Positions 10,356-21,628 of a stretch of 64,000 nt of DNA are shown in pieces. The notes under the pieces are model-generated. The model saw only the letters and a program-made list of their open reading frames with translations, did not search any database and was not told the origin of the DNA. The DNA lies in assembly GCA_963749525.1 (NCBI GenBank), contig CAVVNC010000011.1, positions 5,450 through 69,449 on the forward strand, given 5' to 3'. This DNA is from an uncultured delta proteobacterium (GTDB lineage: Bacteria; Desulfobacterota; Syntrophorhabdia; Syntrophorhabdales; WCHB1-27). Position 1 is the stretch's first letter. Every line of letters begins with the position of its first letter. The translations under genes and the position numbers were made by a program.

Positions 10356-12385
10356 CTATCTGTCGAGCACTTCCCTGACTTTTCTGAGGAGGTCGCCCGG
10401 CGCAAGAGGCTTCGTGACGAAGTCATAGGCGCCGGAGAGAATACCCTTCGAGGAGAGCACGTCCCCAGGGTAGCCGCTCGCAAAGATGACCTTTGTCTCC
10501 GGCCGGATCTTCTTGAGCTCGTCGTAGGCCTCTTTTCCTCCTTTTCTTGGCATGACCACGTCGAGGATCACAAGGTCGATCTTGTCCCTGTGGTTCACGA
10601 ACGTGCGGACAGCGTCCTCCCCGTCCGCTGCCTCGATCACCTTGTAGCCGTGGACGCGAAAAGCCTCCCTGACCAGCCCTCTCACACCCGCATCGTCTTC
10701 GGCGATGAGGATGGTCTCTTTGCCCCTCTCGAACTCCCCGTGCTCAAGGGGGGCTTCGCGATTCGCTTCAATCTCCACCAGGGGAAGGTATACGCAGAAT
10801 CTGGTGCCCTGATTGGGCTCGCTATCGACCGTGATGTAGCCGTCGTGCTGTTTGATCGTGCCGTATACCATGGAGAGGCCCAAGCCCGTGCCTTTGCCCA
10901 CCTCCTTGGTCGTAAAAAAGGGCTCAAACGCATGTTCCTTTGTGGCTTTGTCCATGCCGGAGCCGGTATCCGAGACTTCGAGGGTAGCGTACCTTCCCGG
11001 CTTGCCGAAGCCGTGGGCGACGATGAACCGGCGGTCCATCGTTGCCGTTCCTGCCTCGATTCGCAGTCGTCCCCCCTTCGGCATGGCGTCCCTGGCGTTG
11101 GTTGCCAGATTTATGAGCACCTGGTTCATCTGGGTCATGTCTGCCATGACGACACTATTGGCGCGAGAGAGTCTCGTCTCCACCTGTACGTCTTCCGTCA
11201 GCAGCGCTTTCGAGGAACCTGCCCGCGCTCCTGGCGATATCATTCATCTCAAGGGGCACGAGATTGATCTGCTGCTTCCTGCTGAAAGCAAGGAGACTCT
11301 TGGTGAGCTTGGCGGCCCTCGCCGCCGCCGATATTATCTGATCGACGTATTCTCCTGCAGGGTCGTGCTTATCCATTTTTATCTTGAGCATGTCGCAGAA
11401 GCCGCTGATCACCATGAGAATGTTGTTGAAGTCGTGGGCGATGCCCCCGGCGAGCTGCCCTACGGCTTCCATTTTCTGTGCCTGGCGAAGCTGCGATTCG
11501 AGTCTTGACTTCTCCTCTTCCGCGGCCCTGCTTCGGGTGACGTCCCTGATGTAGACGAGCAAGGCGGGTTCGGCGAGGTAGGTGATCGGGGTGATGGAAG
11601 CCTCGACATGGATCTGCGCGCCGTCACTTCTGATTCCCCTGAACTCATACCTGGGAGGCACGGATTCCCCCTTTTGTCTCCTGTCGATATGCGCTACGAG
11701 CCCTTCGGCGTCGTCGGGGTGGACGGCAAATGAGACGGGCTTGCCTATGACCTCATCGGCAGTATCGTAACCGAAGATATCGAGAAGCCTCTGATTGGCG
11801 TAGATAAGCTCGGAGCCCCTCAGAAGGGCCACCCCATCGTTCGAGTTTTCTATAGCCACTCTGTAGCGCTCTTCGGAATCTCTAAGCTCCGCCTCGGCCT
11901 TCTTGCGCTCCCTGATGTCCCTCCAGGCCGTGTAGAGTATCGGCTTTCCGTTGATGGGGATGACGGTTTGGGAGACCTCCACGAGGATATCCTCGCCATC
12001 GAAGGTTCGCCGCATCCACTCGAAGCGATTCACCCCGTTTTTGATCGACATACTGATGAGCTCGCGCGCCTTTTCCAGGGAAAGGCGGCCATCCGGCTGG
12101 CGCTCCGGCGAGATATCGTAGGGCGCCAGACCGATCAACTGCTCCTTGGAGGAGGCATGCATCGATCTCCAGGGCGGCCTCGTTGCAGTCTATAAAGGTC
12201 TCCCCGTCCACCAGCACGGTGGGATCAGCCGATTTCTCGAAAATAAGCTTGAACTTCTCGTCGCTCTCCTCAAGCGCCTCGTGCCGTCGCCCCTCAGTGA
12301 GGAGCTTCTCCAAGTCGGCTATCCGCCGGCGGGCCTTTGCGAGTTCGCCGGCGAGCTGCGCTTCTACGTTGTCCTTGTCGTTCAT
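10356..12385 (-). CDS. Hybrid PAS-PAS histidine kinase with receiver domain; frameshifts near 12160 and 11240
   Basis: AQKMEAVGQLAGGIAHDFNN H-box, NLATNARDAM, GTGLGL, REC ILIAEDD...LDVVMP; split over three ORFs. Confidence 0.88.
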
Positions 12386-12716
12386 CCTTTCACCATGCGC
12401 GAGCTCCCGGAAACGTCGCCAACCGAGGAGCTTCCTCTCCCGGGTTCGTCGCAAGCTCCCCATGCTCCCGTATCTTGAGGGCCATGTCACATCACACCCA
12501 TATTGTCGGATGAGTTGCGGGCTGAGTTTAGCATTCCAGCAGGGACTTCTCAAGGAATGGGAAGGTCCCGTCGAAAATAGTGTTATGCCCTTTGCTCCTC
12601 GGCGAGATGAAGCAGGAACATGATGTTCCTGCACTTTCTTGTCAAGAAAGCACGTCAATGTGCCGATAACTATACTAGTGGTCTTACCAGAAGCAAGCAT
12701 CCCGAAGGACGACGTG

Positions 12717-15700
12717 ATGCAGGCGACGGAAGTGTTCGGCCCGGACACGCCCCTCTATAACAGCAGAACCATCCTCACATATGTGAAGTTTATCAAGGAG
12801 CACCACAACCACGTCGATGTGGGCCAAGTACTCTCCCATGCCGGGATGGGCGAGTTTCAGGTTCAAGACGAGAATCACTGGTTTACTCAAGAACAAGTGA
12901 ACCGGTTCCACGAGAAGCTGATAGAGTACACCGGAGACAAGGACATTGCCCGGAAGGCGGGACGATACACTGCCTCGGCGGAATGCCTGGGACCGGTGAA
13001 GAGCTATGCGGCACGTCTCCTGAGCCCGGCAAGGCTCTGCGAGATCATAGGCCGGGGCAACACGTACTTCACCAAATCGTGCACCCTCGAAGCCGAAGTA
13101 AAGGGTCCGGAAATAATCGAGGTAACAGCGCGAAGTAAGCCGGGCGTCAAAGAGCGACCCTTCCAGTGCGAGAACAGAAAGGGAGTCATAGAAGGAGCCC
13201 TTGCGCTTTTCAACCACAGACTACCGACGATCGAGGAGACGGAGTGCATTTTTCGCGGGGGCGAATGCTGCCGTTACATTGTGAAATGGCGGTCATCCAG
13301 CTCTGATCCCTGGGGGAGAGCAAGGAATTGGGCGATCGGGCCGCTCGCGGCAGTGACCGGCCTCCTGTTCTTCTCTCTCGGCCATGAAGTCTCCTTGCTC
13401 TTCCTTGCCCTGTCGTCGCTTGCGCTTCTTGCTTTGTCGGCGAAAGCCTGGAACAGAGAGCGAAAAGAGCTGACCTCCATGCTTGAAAGCCAGACTTCCT
13501 TGGCCGGCGAGCTTCTCGAAAAGAATGATGCGAGCGACAACAATGCCCGCATGACCCAGGAAATCGGGCACGTTCTTACAAGACAGGACAGCGTGCCGGA
13601 CGTGGTGCGCGAGGTGGCCCGCATACTCGAAAAGCGGCTCGACTATGACCGGGGCATTATACTCATTGCGGACAAAGAAAAGGGTACTCTCGAACCGAAG
13701 AGCATCTTCGGGTATTCAGAAGAGGACCTCGAGGTGTTGAACAACGGCGTCCTCAGCCTGGAGGCAACTGACATGCTCCCGGTAAAGTGTTTCCACGAGC
13801 AAAAGGCTTATCTCATCAACAATTGTGACGAAATTCCGACCGGTCCCGACGGGGAAGTGAGTCTCACTAGAAGACTCGGCATAAAGGCTTATGTCTGTTG
13901 CCCCATGGTATGTGCGCAGGAAACCATTGGCGTCCTCGCCGTCGGCAACAAGACGATGAAGCGTGTCCTGCTCCAGAGCGACATGGATCGGCTCATGCTC
14001 GTGGCGCAGGAATTGGGCGCAACCATTCAGTATCTTGCGCTCAAGCAGACAGAAAAGGCTTTGCGTGAAAGTGGCGCTCTTTTTCGGGCCGTTGTGGAAA
14101 AATCGAGTGAGGTGCTTCTCCTCACTAATGTCGACGGTAAAATCTTATATGTCTCCCCACCCGTGATGGAACTCCTCGGCCATCGTCCGGAGGATTTAAC
14201 CGGCACTCAGGCGCGTGGACTCACGCATCAGGAAGATTCGCCCATTGTCGCGGAAGCCATGGCGTGGATTCGTGAAAACCCGGGCAGGCCGAGAACCATT
14301 ACCGCCCGTGCGCGCGATAAGGATAATCACTGGCACTGGGTCGAGATCACGATGCGCAACCTCCTGGCGGAGCCCGGGGTGGGTGCTGTCGTCTCCAACA
14401 TGAGGGACATCACCGACCGGAAGAACGCGAAGGAGGCGCTCGGGGAGTCGGAGACCAAGTTCAGGAACCTCGTTCAAAAGGCCATCGTGGGTGTCTACCT
14501 CGCGCAGGACCACGTCTTCAGGTACGTAAACGCAAAGTGCGCCGAGATTCACGGTTACACGAATCCGGAGGAGATGGAGGGCCTGGCCATCAGGGACACA
14601 ATTTTTCGTGAGGATTTGCCCATAGTCAAAAAGACAAACGAGTGGGCACACAGTGAAGAGCAGGATCACGGACCGCAGCAATTCAGGATCGTCAGGAAAG
14701 ACGGAAAAGTCAGGCACGTCGAGACGTTTGGCAGGTTTACCACGTACCAAGGCAAGCCGGCGGTCATAGGTATGATTGTGGATATCACGGACCGGAGAGC
14801 CTCGGAAGAAACCCTCCTTTGGAAAACGACCTTTCTTGAAGCCCTCGTGGACTCGTCGCATGACGGAATCCTCGTGCTCGACCGCCGCATGCGGAAGGTA
14901 ATGCAGAACCAGCGGCTCGTTGAAATGTGGAAAATACCCCTGGCCGTCGCGGAGGCTCAGGACGAGGAACGCCGCATCGATTTCATCGCGAATTCGATCA
15001 AGAACCCTGAGGAGTTCTATAAAAAGCTGATGCATCTCCACAGGCACCCGGACGACGTGGTCCGCGGCGAACTCGAGCTCAGAGATCACACGGTGGTGGA
15101 GGCTTTCTCATACCCTGTGCTCGGCAAGGACAGCAGGGAGCAGTATGGCAGGATATGGATGTTCCGCGACATCACCGAGATCAGGCGCTATTGGGATATG
15201 CTGGAGAATCTCTCTGCCACGGACGGTCTCACGGGGATATCGAACAGACGGAGGTTCGACGAGTTTCTTGAGCGTGAATGGCGCAGGGGCATGCGTGAAT
15301 ACTCGGAGCTCTCGCTTCTCTTCATAGACATCGACTACTTCAAAGAGTTCAATGACCGGTACGGCCACCTGCCGGGTGACGACTGCCTGAAGCAGATTGC
15401 GGCCACCTTGGAGAGGACCCTGAGACGGGCCGGAGACTTGGTCGCCCGTTACGGGGGAGAGGAATTCGCTTGCGTCCTGCCCGGGACGGGAGAGGGCGGA
15501 GCCCTAAGGGCAGCCCACAAGATCTTGAACGACATAGCGAGGCTGGGCATACCCCACGAGGGCTCCTCAGTGGCCGAACACGTGACGGTAAGCATCGGAG
15601 TGGCGACCGAAGTACCGGAAAAAGGGCGGGAGTACTCCGATCTGATCAAGAGAGCGGATCACTCCCTATACGCCGCCAAGCAACAGGGGCGCAACAAGGT

Positions 15701-15731
15701 AGTCGCTCTTCCCAACGAACCGCATCAATGA
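12717..15731 (+). CDS. Diguanylate cyclase: V4R-like sensor, 2 TM, GAF, 3 PAS, GGDEF
   Basis: DGLTG, DIDYFK, RAGD I-site, GGEEF; PAS/PAC motifs RDIT/VDIT; Cys-rich ETECIFRGGECCRY. Confidence 0.92.
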   Translation: MQATEVFGPDTPLYNSRTILTYVKFIKEHHNHVDVGQVLSHAGMGEFQVQDENHWFTQEQVNRFHEKLIEYTGDKDIARKAGRYTASAECLGPVKSYAARLLSPARLCEIIGRGNTYFTKSCTLEAEVKGPEIIEVTARSKPGVKERPFQCENRKGVIEGALALFNHRLPTIEETECIFRGGECCRYIVKWRSSSSDPWGRARNWAIGPLAAVTGLLFFSLGHEVSLLFLALSSLALLALSAKAWNRERKELTSMLESQTSLAGELLEKNDASDNNARMTQEIGHVLTRQDSVPDVVREVARILEKRLDYDRGIILIADKEKGTLEPKSIFGYSEEDLEVLNNGVLSLEATDMLPVKCFHEQKAYLINNCDEIPTGPDGEVSLTRRLGIKAYVCCPMVCAQETIGVLAVGNKTMKRVLLQSDMDRLMLVAQELGATIQYLALKQTEKALRESGALFRAVVEKSSEVLLLTNVDGKILYVSPPVMELLGHRPEDLTGTQARGLTHQEDSPIVAEAMAWIRENPGRPRTITARARDKDNHWHWVEITMRNLLAEPGVGAVVSNMRDITDRKNAKEALGESETKFRNLVQKAIVGVYLAQDHVFRYVNAKCAEIHGYTNPEEMEGLAIRDTIFREDLPIVKKTNEWAHSEEQDHGPQQFRIVRKDGKVRHVETFGRFTTYQGKPAVIGMIVDITDRRASEETLLWKTTFLEALVDSSHDGILVLDRRMRKVMQNQRLVEMWKIPLAVAEAQDEERRIDFIANSIKNPEEFYKKLMHLHRHPDDVVRGELELRDHTVVEAFSYPVLGKDSREQYGRIWMFRDITEIRRYWDMLENLSATDGLTGISNRRRFDEFLEREWRRGMREYSELSLLFIDIDYFKEFNDRYGHLPGDDCLKQIAATLERTLRRAGDLVARYGGEEFACVLPGTGEGGALRAAHKILNDIARLGIPHEGSSVAEHVTVSIGVATEVPEKGREYSDLIKRADHSLYAAKQQGRNKVVALPNEPHQ

Positions 15732-15742
15732 GGTGAGGGGTC

Positions 15743-16544
15743 ATGGCAAGTGATCGCGAAGAGCTGCTGAAGCGCGCACGTACGGCGACAATTCTGCCGA
15801 TGTTGAGCGGTATGATGAACGAGACATTCAGGATCATGGCCGACCCTGATTCATCGTTCGGTCAGCTTTATGACGTCGTGAAATACGACCAGGCCATTTC
15901 TTCGAAAATCATCAGCATCGCCAACTCCCCTTACTACAACAGAGGGACGCCGGTTGTGAGTCTCGAGAGAGCGATGGTGATGGTGGGCTTCAAGGAGATC
16001 GAAAGGATCATCATGTGCCTGGTTTTCATGAAGCAAATCATGACACCGTGGAGGCTTGGACAGGATGACTTGGCGGCCATATGGGAACACTCCCTCACGG
16101 TTGCGCACGCGGTAAAAACGCTGAGCGCGAAAACGAGCTTAGAGGAGTCGGAGAAAGCATTCGCGATTTCCATCGTCCATGACATAGGGAAGATCATTTT
16201 CTATACCTACGACGGCGGCTACAGGAGCCTGGCGAAAGAAGCGGCCCTCGGGAGTCGGGACGTCTGCGATCTCGAGCGTGCCCGATACGGAATCGACCAT
16301 CAGGAAATAGGTCACCTTATGTCAGTAAAATGGGGGTTTCCCGAGGGAGTTCTCCGAGGCGGTCAAGGACCACCACAGCCCGCTCGACGGGAGAGTACCG
16401 GTCATCGATGTCGTGAGGGACGCCGACGCGTTCGCGTGCGGATCGGGGAGATACCTGCCGGAGAGCGAAAGAATAATCCTGCAGAACGAAAAAGAGCTGA
16501 TAGGGACAGAAACCGAGCGCATAAGACGGCTTGTAGGGATATAG
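15743..16544 (+). CDS. HDOD domain protein, frameshift near 16345
   Basis: ANSPYY, WEHSL, HDIGK, DHQEIG; continuation DHHSP...RLVGI-stop in a shifted frame. Confidence 0.85.
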
Positions 16545-16624
16545 GCCACGGAGAGAGACCCAACGGCTCGGTCTCACCTTTTGCCGCGCGGACATCGGGA
16601 GCCGTGATATTCGCATCCGGCAGC

Positions 16625-17470
16625 CTAAGGGTTCTTCGATTCCGTTTTCTTTGCAGGGGGACCCCAGGTGAGGAGGTAGGCCACGTAGAAGAAAGAATTT
16701 GCAGGGCCATGGATATCCGTGCCCGCCGAACCGATGAGATGATGCTTTTCCGAGAAATTCACGATTAACCCCACGTTGTACCCTGTTTCGTACTGCCCGT
16801 CGGTTGTGGGCGGCGTCGTGTGAAACAGCTCGGCCCCAAGGGTGAGCCATGTGAAGATGTCCCGCTGAAGTAGCCAGCCGCCGTACCAGTAGTCTCTGTT
16901 GCCCCTGCCCGGGTTGATCCAATACCCTCCGCCGCCGTAGGTTGTCCAGGGCCCCCAGCTTTTCTGCAGCCACAGGGGGATGAAGGAGTGGAGCCTGCCG
17001 GTGCCCAGACCACGGGCCTCGCTTCCGGCCGGGACCTCGAGGAGGGGAAAGACACCAGCCATGGGGGCATAGTCGGATTCCTGGAGAAACCGGTACTTGA
17101 CCCCGAGTTCAACGTCGCCGGGACCAAGCAGGGTTGGTCCGTGGGCCGGACGATCAAAGGCAAGGGGCGCGAGAAGATGGAGCTGAAGGTTCTCCATCGG
17201 CCCGTAGTTGACCTCGAAATGGGGGGACGTGCCCGAAAGATCACCCCGCTCGTTCTGGTATTCGGTTGCCGTGTAGAATTCCCAGTGCCTGTAATCGACC
17301 GGCTCGGGGTCGTCGGTGCGAAAGGGCGGCCCGGCAAGTGCGGCGGTTGCCAAGCCCAGGGCGCAAAGGACGAAGAGAGCAGCGAAGAACCTTTGCAGCT
17401 TTCCCTGGCCGGTGCGCCGGCTTGCAGCTCGCCGGCGCGGCCGTCGCACGACCTTCCCTCTTAGCAGCAT
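16625..17470 (-). CDS. Exported, putative outer-membrane beta-barrel ('transporter') protein; true start probably near 17400
   Basis: Signal peptide ending ALA-GPPFRTDDPEP; amphipathic aromatic-rich strands. Confidence 0.75.
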   Translation of the reverse strand: MLLRGKVVRRPRRRAASRRTGQGKLQRFFAALFVLCALGLATAALAGPPFRTDDPEPVDYRHWEFYTATEYQNERGDLSGTSPHFEVNYGPMENLQLHLLAPLAFDRPAHGPTLLGPGDVELGVKYRFLQESDYAPMAGVFPLLEVPAGSEARGLGTGRLHSFIPLWLQKSWGPWTTYGGGGYWINPGRGNRDYWYGGWLLQRDIFTWLTLGAELFHTTPPTTDGQYETGYNVGLIVNFSEKHHLIGSAGTDIHGPANSFFYVAYLLTWGPPAKKTESKNP

Positions 17471-17559
17471 AGCGCAAATATAACCGGGTCCTCTCGGATT
17501 GTCAGCTTACGTCAGGTCTACCCGAGAGCATCCTCACATGAGCGGCCACAAGTTCCGCT

Positions 17560-19371
17560 CTATTCCATTACTTCTTGCATGACGTAATCACCATACCGGT
17601 CGACAAGGGGCTGCCGAATCTGTATCAGATCATAGGACCGCTTGACTGCCAAGGCAAACACGATGATTACCAAAGCCATGATGATAATCGAGAGACCGGC
17701 GAGGAGATGCTCTCCCTTGGGCAGGTAATTCATCGTGATATTGAGGTACCCGGCATAGAGTGTCGTAAAGGCCATGACGATACCCGGGATGGCAGTGATC
17801 GCCACGTATCTCATTTTCCCCATCCTGAGGAGCATGATAGTGCCGATGATCAGGGCGCTTGCGGCAAGGAGCTGGTTGCTCATGCCGAAGAGCGGCCAGA
17901 TTGTCGTGATATCGCCGGTGAAAACAAGGTAGCCCCAGGCGCCTGTGAAAAGAAAGCTGGTGATCAGGATACCGGGCATCCAGCGCTTTTCCAGAAACTT
18001 GGGAACGACCTTGCCGATCATTTCCTGCACGAAGAACCTTCCCACTCTCGTGCCCGTGTCAACGGCCGTCAGGATAAATACGGCTTCGAACATGATGGCA
18101 AAGTGGTACCAGTAGGACATCAACCCCTTCATGAAGGGAACGGCGGAAAAAATGTAGGCCATACCCACGGCGAGCGATACCGCACCACCCGGCCGCCCCT
18201 GAACTTTCTCCTGCACCTCTGAGGCAAGCTGCGGAAGATTGACCGGGACCATCCCCAGTTTTGCGTAAACCGCGGGCGCCGCGTTGATGGCGAAATAGTC
18301 CGCCGGAATAAGGACGCATGCCGCAATAAGGGCCATGATAGCCACAAACCCTTCAACGAGCATCGCACCGTAGCCGATAAACAGGACGTCCCGTTCGTTG
18401 GCGATCATTTTCGGTGTCGTTCCCGAACCGATGATGGCGTGGAATCCCGATAGGGCACCGCAGGCGATCGTGATCATGATGAACGGATAGACGGCGCCCG
18501 GAACGATCGGACCGCCGCCATGGATATAGGGCGTCAGGGCAGCCATATGGAAATCAGGCCGCATGATCAATATACCGCCGGTCAACATGGCGATGGTGCC
18601 TACCTTCAGAAATGTCGTGAGATAGTCGCGTGGGCAGAGCAGCATCCAGACCGGAAGAACCGAGGCAACGAAGCCGTAGAGCGGTATGATAAGAGATATC
18701 TTCCTCTTCGAGAGGGTGAATATGGCAGACAAGGTTGGGTTTGCCGCGACATAAGGACCGGCAAGGATCGCCAGAAAAAGAAGGACAACGCCGATGATGG
18801 TCGCCCCTTTTACGTCGCCCTCGCGAAATACGTGAAGGTAAATCCCCATGATGAAAGCGATCGGCATTGTGGCAAAGACAGTGAAAGTTGCCCAGGCGCT
18901 TTCGAACATGGCGTTGACGACAGCGATGGAAAGGCCGGCTAGGGTGAGAAGGAGAATGAAAAGAAAGGCGAAGGAAGCGACAAGTCCGGCAGATTTGCCT
19001 ATTTCGCTTTCGGCGATTTTCGAAAGGCTCTGCCCCTTATGTCTTACGGAGGCGAAAAGCACGACCATGTCATGAACCCCGCCTGCCAGTACCGCACCGA
19101 TGATGATCCAGAGCGCCCCGGGCAAATAACCGAACTGGGCGGCCAGCACCGGTCCCAGGAGGGGACCGGCAGCGGCAATTGCGGCAAAGTGATGGCCGAA
19201 GAGCACATACCTGTTGGTCTTCACGTAATCATGGCCGTCAGCCATCGTGACGGCGGGAGTGGCTCTTTTCGCTCTCAGATTGAGAACTCTGTTCGCGATG
19301 AACAATCCGTAATAGCGATAGGCAAGCGCGAAAACACACAACGAAACGATCACGAGCGTCAATGCATTCAT
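17560..19371 (-). CDS. cstA: Carbon starvation protein A family transporter (peptide/pyruvate)
   Basis: DGHDYV, LFGHHFAAIAAAGPLLGP, TIACGALSGFH, IWPLFGMSNQLLA. Confidence 0.95.
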   Translation of the reverse strand: MNALTLVIVSLCVFALAYRYYGLFIANRVLNLRAKRATPAVTMADGHDYVKTNRYVLFGHHFAAIAAAGPLLGPVLAAQFGYLPGALWIIIGAVLAGGVHDMVVLFASVRHKGQSLSKIAESEIGKSAGLVASFAFLFILLLTLAGLSIAVVNAMFESAWATFTVFATMPIAFIMGIYLHVFREGDVKGATIIGVVLLFLAILAGPYVAANPTLSAIFTLSKRKISLIIPLYGFVASVLPVWMLLCPRDYLTTFLKVGTIAMLTGGILIMRPDFHMAALTPYIHGGGPIVPGAVYPFIMITIACGALSGFHAIIGSGTTPKMIANERDVLFIGYGAMLVEGFVAIMALIAACVLIPADYFAINAAPAVYAKLGMVPVNLPQLASEVQEKVQGRPGGAVSLAVGMAYIFSAVPFMKGLMSYWYHFAIMFEAVFILTAVDTGTRVGRFFVQEMIGKVVPKFLEKRWMPGILITSFLFTGAWGYLVFTGDITTIWPLFGMSNQLLAASALIIGTIMLLRMGKMRYVAITAIPGIVMAFTTLYAGYLNITMNYLPKGEHLLAGLSIIIMALVIIVFALAVKRSYDLIQIRQPLVDRYGDYVMQEVME

Positions 19372-19444
19372 GCCCTGTTTCTCCTTGAGTCTCTAGCTGA
19401 GCCACAGTTATTTTACAAAATATGGAGAGTTTTTGAAAGGGCCT

Positions 19445-19920
19445 AGTTTGGGCAGGCGATTATTGGGGCTCGCGTCGCCCCCTCCACAGGCATGAGCCTG
19501 CGGAGCCTCCCCTTCATAAAAAGGAAGAGACGGAAAGGCCGGACCTCACGGGCTACTGGATCGGCTCACCTGCCGGTATACCAGGCGGGAGGGCCGCCTC
19601 TAGATTTTGAAAAGACAGGGTTGTCTTTGTTTGGGCTTCGCGGCAGTGTGGGATCGATAGGGCATGTCCACAAGGCGGTCCCGTCCTTATCTCGTCGTGC
19701 ATAGTCCGAGGACGGCGCAAGAATTGCTCGCGACGAATCCGGACACGTTTAACGAAGCCCCCGCAAGCTTTGCGTGGGGGTTGGGTCTCGCATTTTTCTT
19801 GACCTTTTCCGCCACTGCATATCATGATACTTGAAAGGCAGTAAATCGCGAAGCGAGCATTGAGGGGGAGGCTCCGCAGGCTTACGCCTGTGGAGGGGGC
19901 GACGCTAGCCCCATTAAACG
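19445..19920. repeat. Mosaic of module B, beta-element modules and an inverted module B between the divergent cstA genes
   Basis: Segments nearly identical to 24515-24880 and 55155-55332; module B copies at both ends in opposite orientation. Confidence 0.85.
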
Positions 19921-19933
19921 GAAGGAAGGGATT

Positions 19934-21628
19934 ATGAATGCCGTGTTCGTCCTCGTTCTTGGTTTTCTTGTCTTTTTCATCGGATATCGTTTCTACGCGC
20001 GATACATCGATGCAAAGGTCCTGAAGGCGGATGCGAGCCGTGATACTCCGGCAAAGGTGTACATGGACGGGGTCGAGTTCATCCCCACGAGCAAGAACGT
20101 CCTCTTTGGGTATCAGTTCAAGTCGATCGCAGGCGCCGCGCCCATCATAGGCCCCATCATTGCCATTCAGTGGGGCTGGCTGCCGGCACTCATCTGGATA
20201 CTGGGCGGAGCCCTCTTCATTGGGTGGGTCCAGGACTACTCCAGCGCCATGATCGCCATGCGCAGCGATGGGGCGTCTTTCGGGGGACTCACCCACCGCC
20301 TCATCTCCCCCAGGGCGCGGATCATCCTGCTTTCTTTCCTCTATTTCTATCTCCTTCTCATCGCCGGGGCGTTCGGGAATGTGGTCGTGAGCACGGTCAT
20401 CTCCCTGAAGTCCGCGCCCATGTCGTGGCTTTTCCTTACCATTGCGGGCGTCCTTGCCGGTCAGATGATCTATCGCTGGAAAAGGGATATCCTCCTCACT
20501 ACCATTGTCACGGTCGTCCTCTGTTTCGCGGGCATAGTGCTGGGGAGTGTCGTGCCGTCAGATACCTTGCTCGGCGAAAGCCTCGCAAATAGCAGGTTTG
20601 TCTGGGCGATCGCGGCTTTTGCCTTCTGCTACTGCGCCGCGATCCTGCCAATATGGCGATTCTCGTTGCCTATCAACTACGTGGCCTCATACGTCGTCTT
20701 TCTCGGGCTTTTCTTCGGCATAATCGGGGTGTTCGTGCTCCATCCATCCTTCTCACTTCCCGCGGTGACCACTTTCTCCATCAAGATCGGGCCTGTCTGG
20801 CCGATCATGTTTGTCACCATCGCGTGCGGCGCGGTCTCCGGCTGGCACAGCATCGTGTCGAGCTCCGGGACTGCCCGCCAGCTCGAAAATGAACTGGACG
20901 CCCGGCCCGTGGGGGCGGGGGTCATGTTCGTGGAGATGATACTGGCCCTATTTGCCCTGATCATCGCGGGTACCATCTATGCATCTCCTGCAGCCTACAG
21001 CGCTGCCGTGGCTCTGGGGCCTGGCGCCATTTTTGCCGCAGGCCTGTCCAAGTTCCTCGGCGTGTTAGGCTTGCCCGCGGCCCTTGGCCGGTCGTACGGC
21101 AGCGTCATGATGGTAATCCTTGCCATCACCATCATGCAGCTCATCATCCGCTTCATGAAGCTGGCGACCGCTGAGCTTCTGGGCGATGTGAGCCCCCTGT
21201 TCAAGAACGGCCATATCGCCACCTTCCTGGCGTGCGTGTTCGGCATGGTCCTCGTGCTGACCGGGTGGTATGAGTACCTGTGGGTTCTCTTCGGCGGCGC
21301 CAACCAATTGATGGCGTCCCTGGCGCTCATGCTCGTCACCGCCTGGCTGATGGCCGAAGGAACATCGTATGCCTGGGCCTTCTATCCAATGATTTTCATG
21401 TTCATCACCACCATAGCGGCGCTTTGCTACACGTCCTTCGGGCTCTTATCAAAGGTGGCCACCGGGATGGTGAAGGGCGGGGCCCTCGTGGGCAACACAC
21501 TCATGGGACTGATAGGGCTCTTTCTGGTTGTTGCGGCCTTCGCCCTCGGGATCGAAGGGGTAAAGGCGTTCGCACGCCACAGGCGCGCGAGAAAGGCCGT
21601 CGCGGCGGCGGACGCGGCGCGGGCGTGA
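19934..21628 (+). CDS. cstA: Second, divergent CstA-family transporter
   Basis: DGVEFIP, LFGYQFKSIAGAAPIIGP, TIACGAVSGWH, LFGGANQLMA. Confidence 0.92.
   Translation: MNAVFVLVLGFLVFFIGYRFYARYIDAKVLKADASRDTPAKVYMDGVEFIPTSKNVLFGYQFKSIAGAAPIIGPIIAIQWGWLPALIWILGGALFIGWVQDYSSAMIAMRSDGASFGGLTHRLISPRARIILLSFLYFYLLLIAGAFGNVVVSTVISLKSAPMSWLFLTIAGVLAGQMIYRWKRDILLTTIVTVVLCFAGIVLGSVVPSDTLLGESLANSRFVWAIAAFAFCYCAAILPIWRFSLPINYVASYVVFLGLFFGIIGVFVLHPSFSLPAVTTFSIKIGPVWPIMFVTIACGAVSGWHSIVSSSGTARQLENELDARPVGAGVMFVEMILALFALIIAGTIYASPAAYSAAVALGPGAIFAAGLSKFLGVLGLPAALGRSYGSVMMVILAITIMQLIIRFMKLATAELLGDVSPLFKNGHIATFLACVFGMVLVLTGWYEYLWVLFGGANQLMASLALMLVTAWLMAEGTSYAWAFYPMIFMFITTIAALCYTSFGLLSKVATGMVKGGALVGNTLMGLIGLFLVVAAFALGIEGVKAFARHRRARKAVAAADAARA

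Noticed and set aside
17470-17560. YbdD/YjiX-like selenoprotein or TAG read-through after cstA1
   Set aside because: Only about 90 bp. Read-through gives SGTCGRSCEDALG-stop and another frame gives ATG-TGA; neither resembles the family, and the hairpins are not a convincing SECIS
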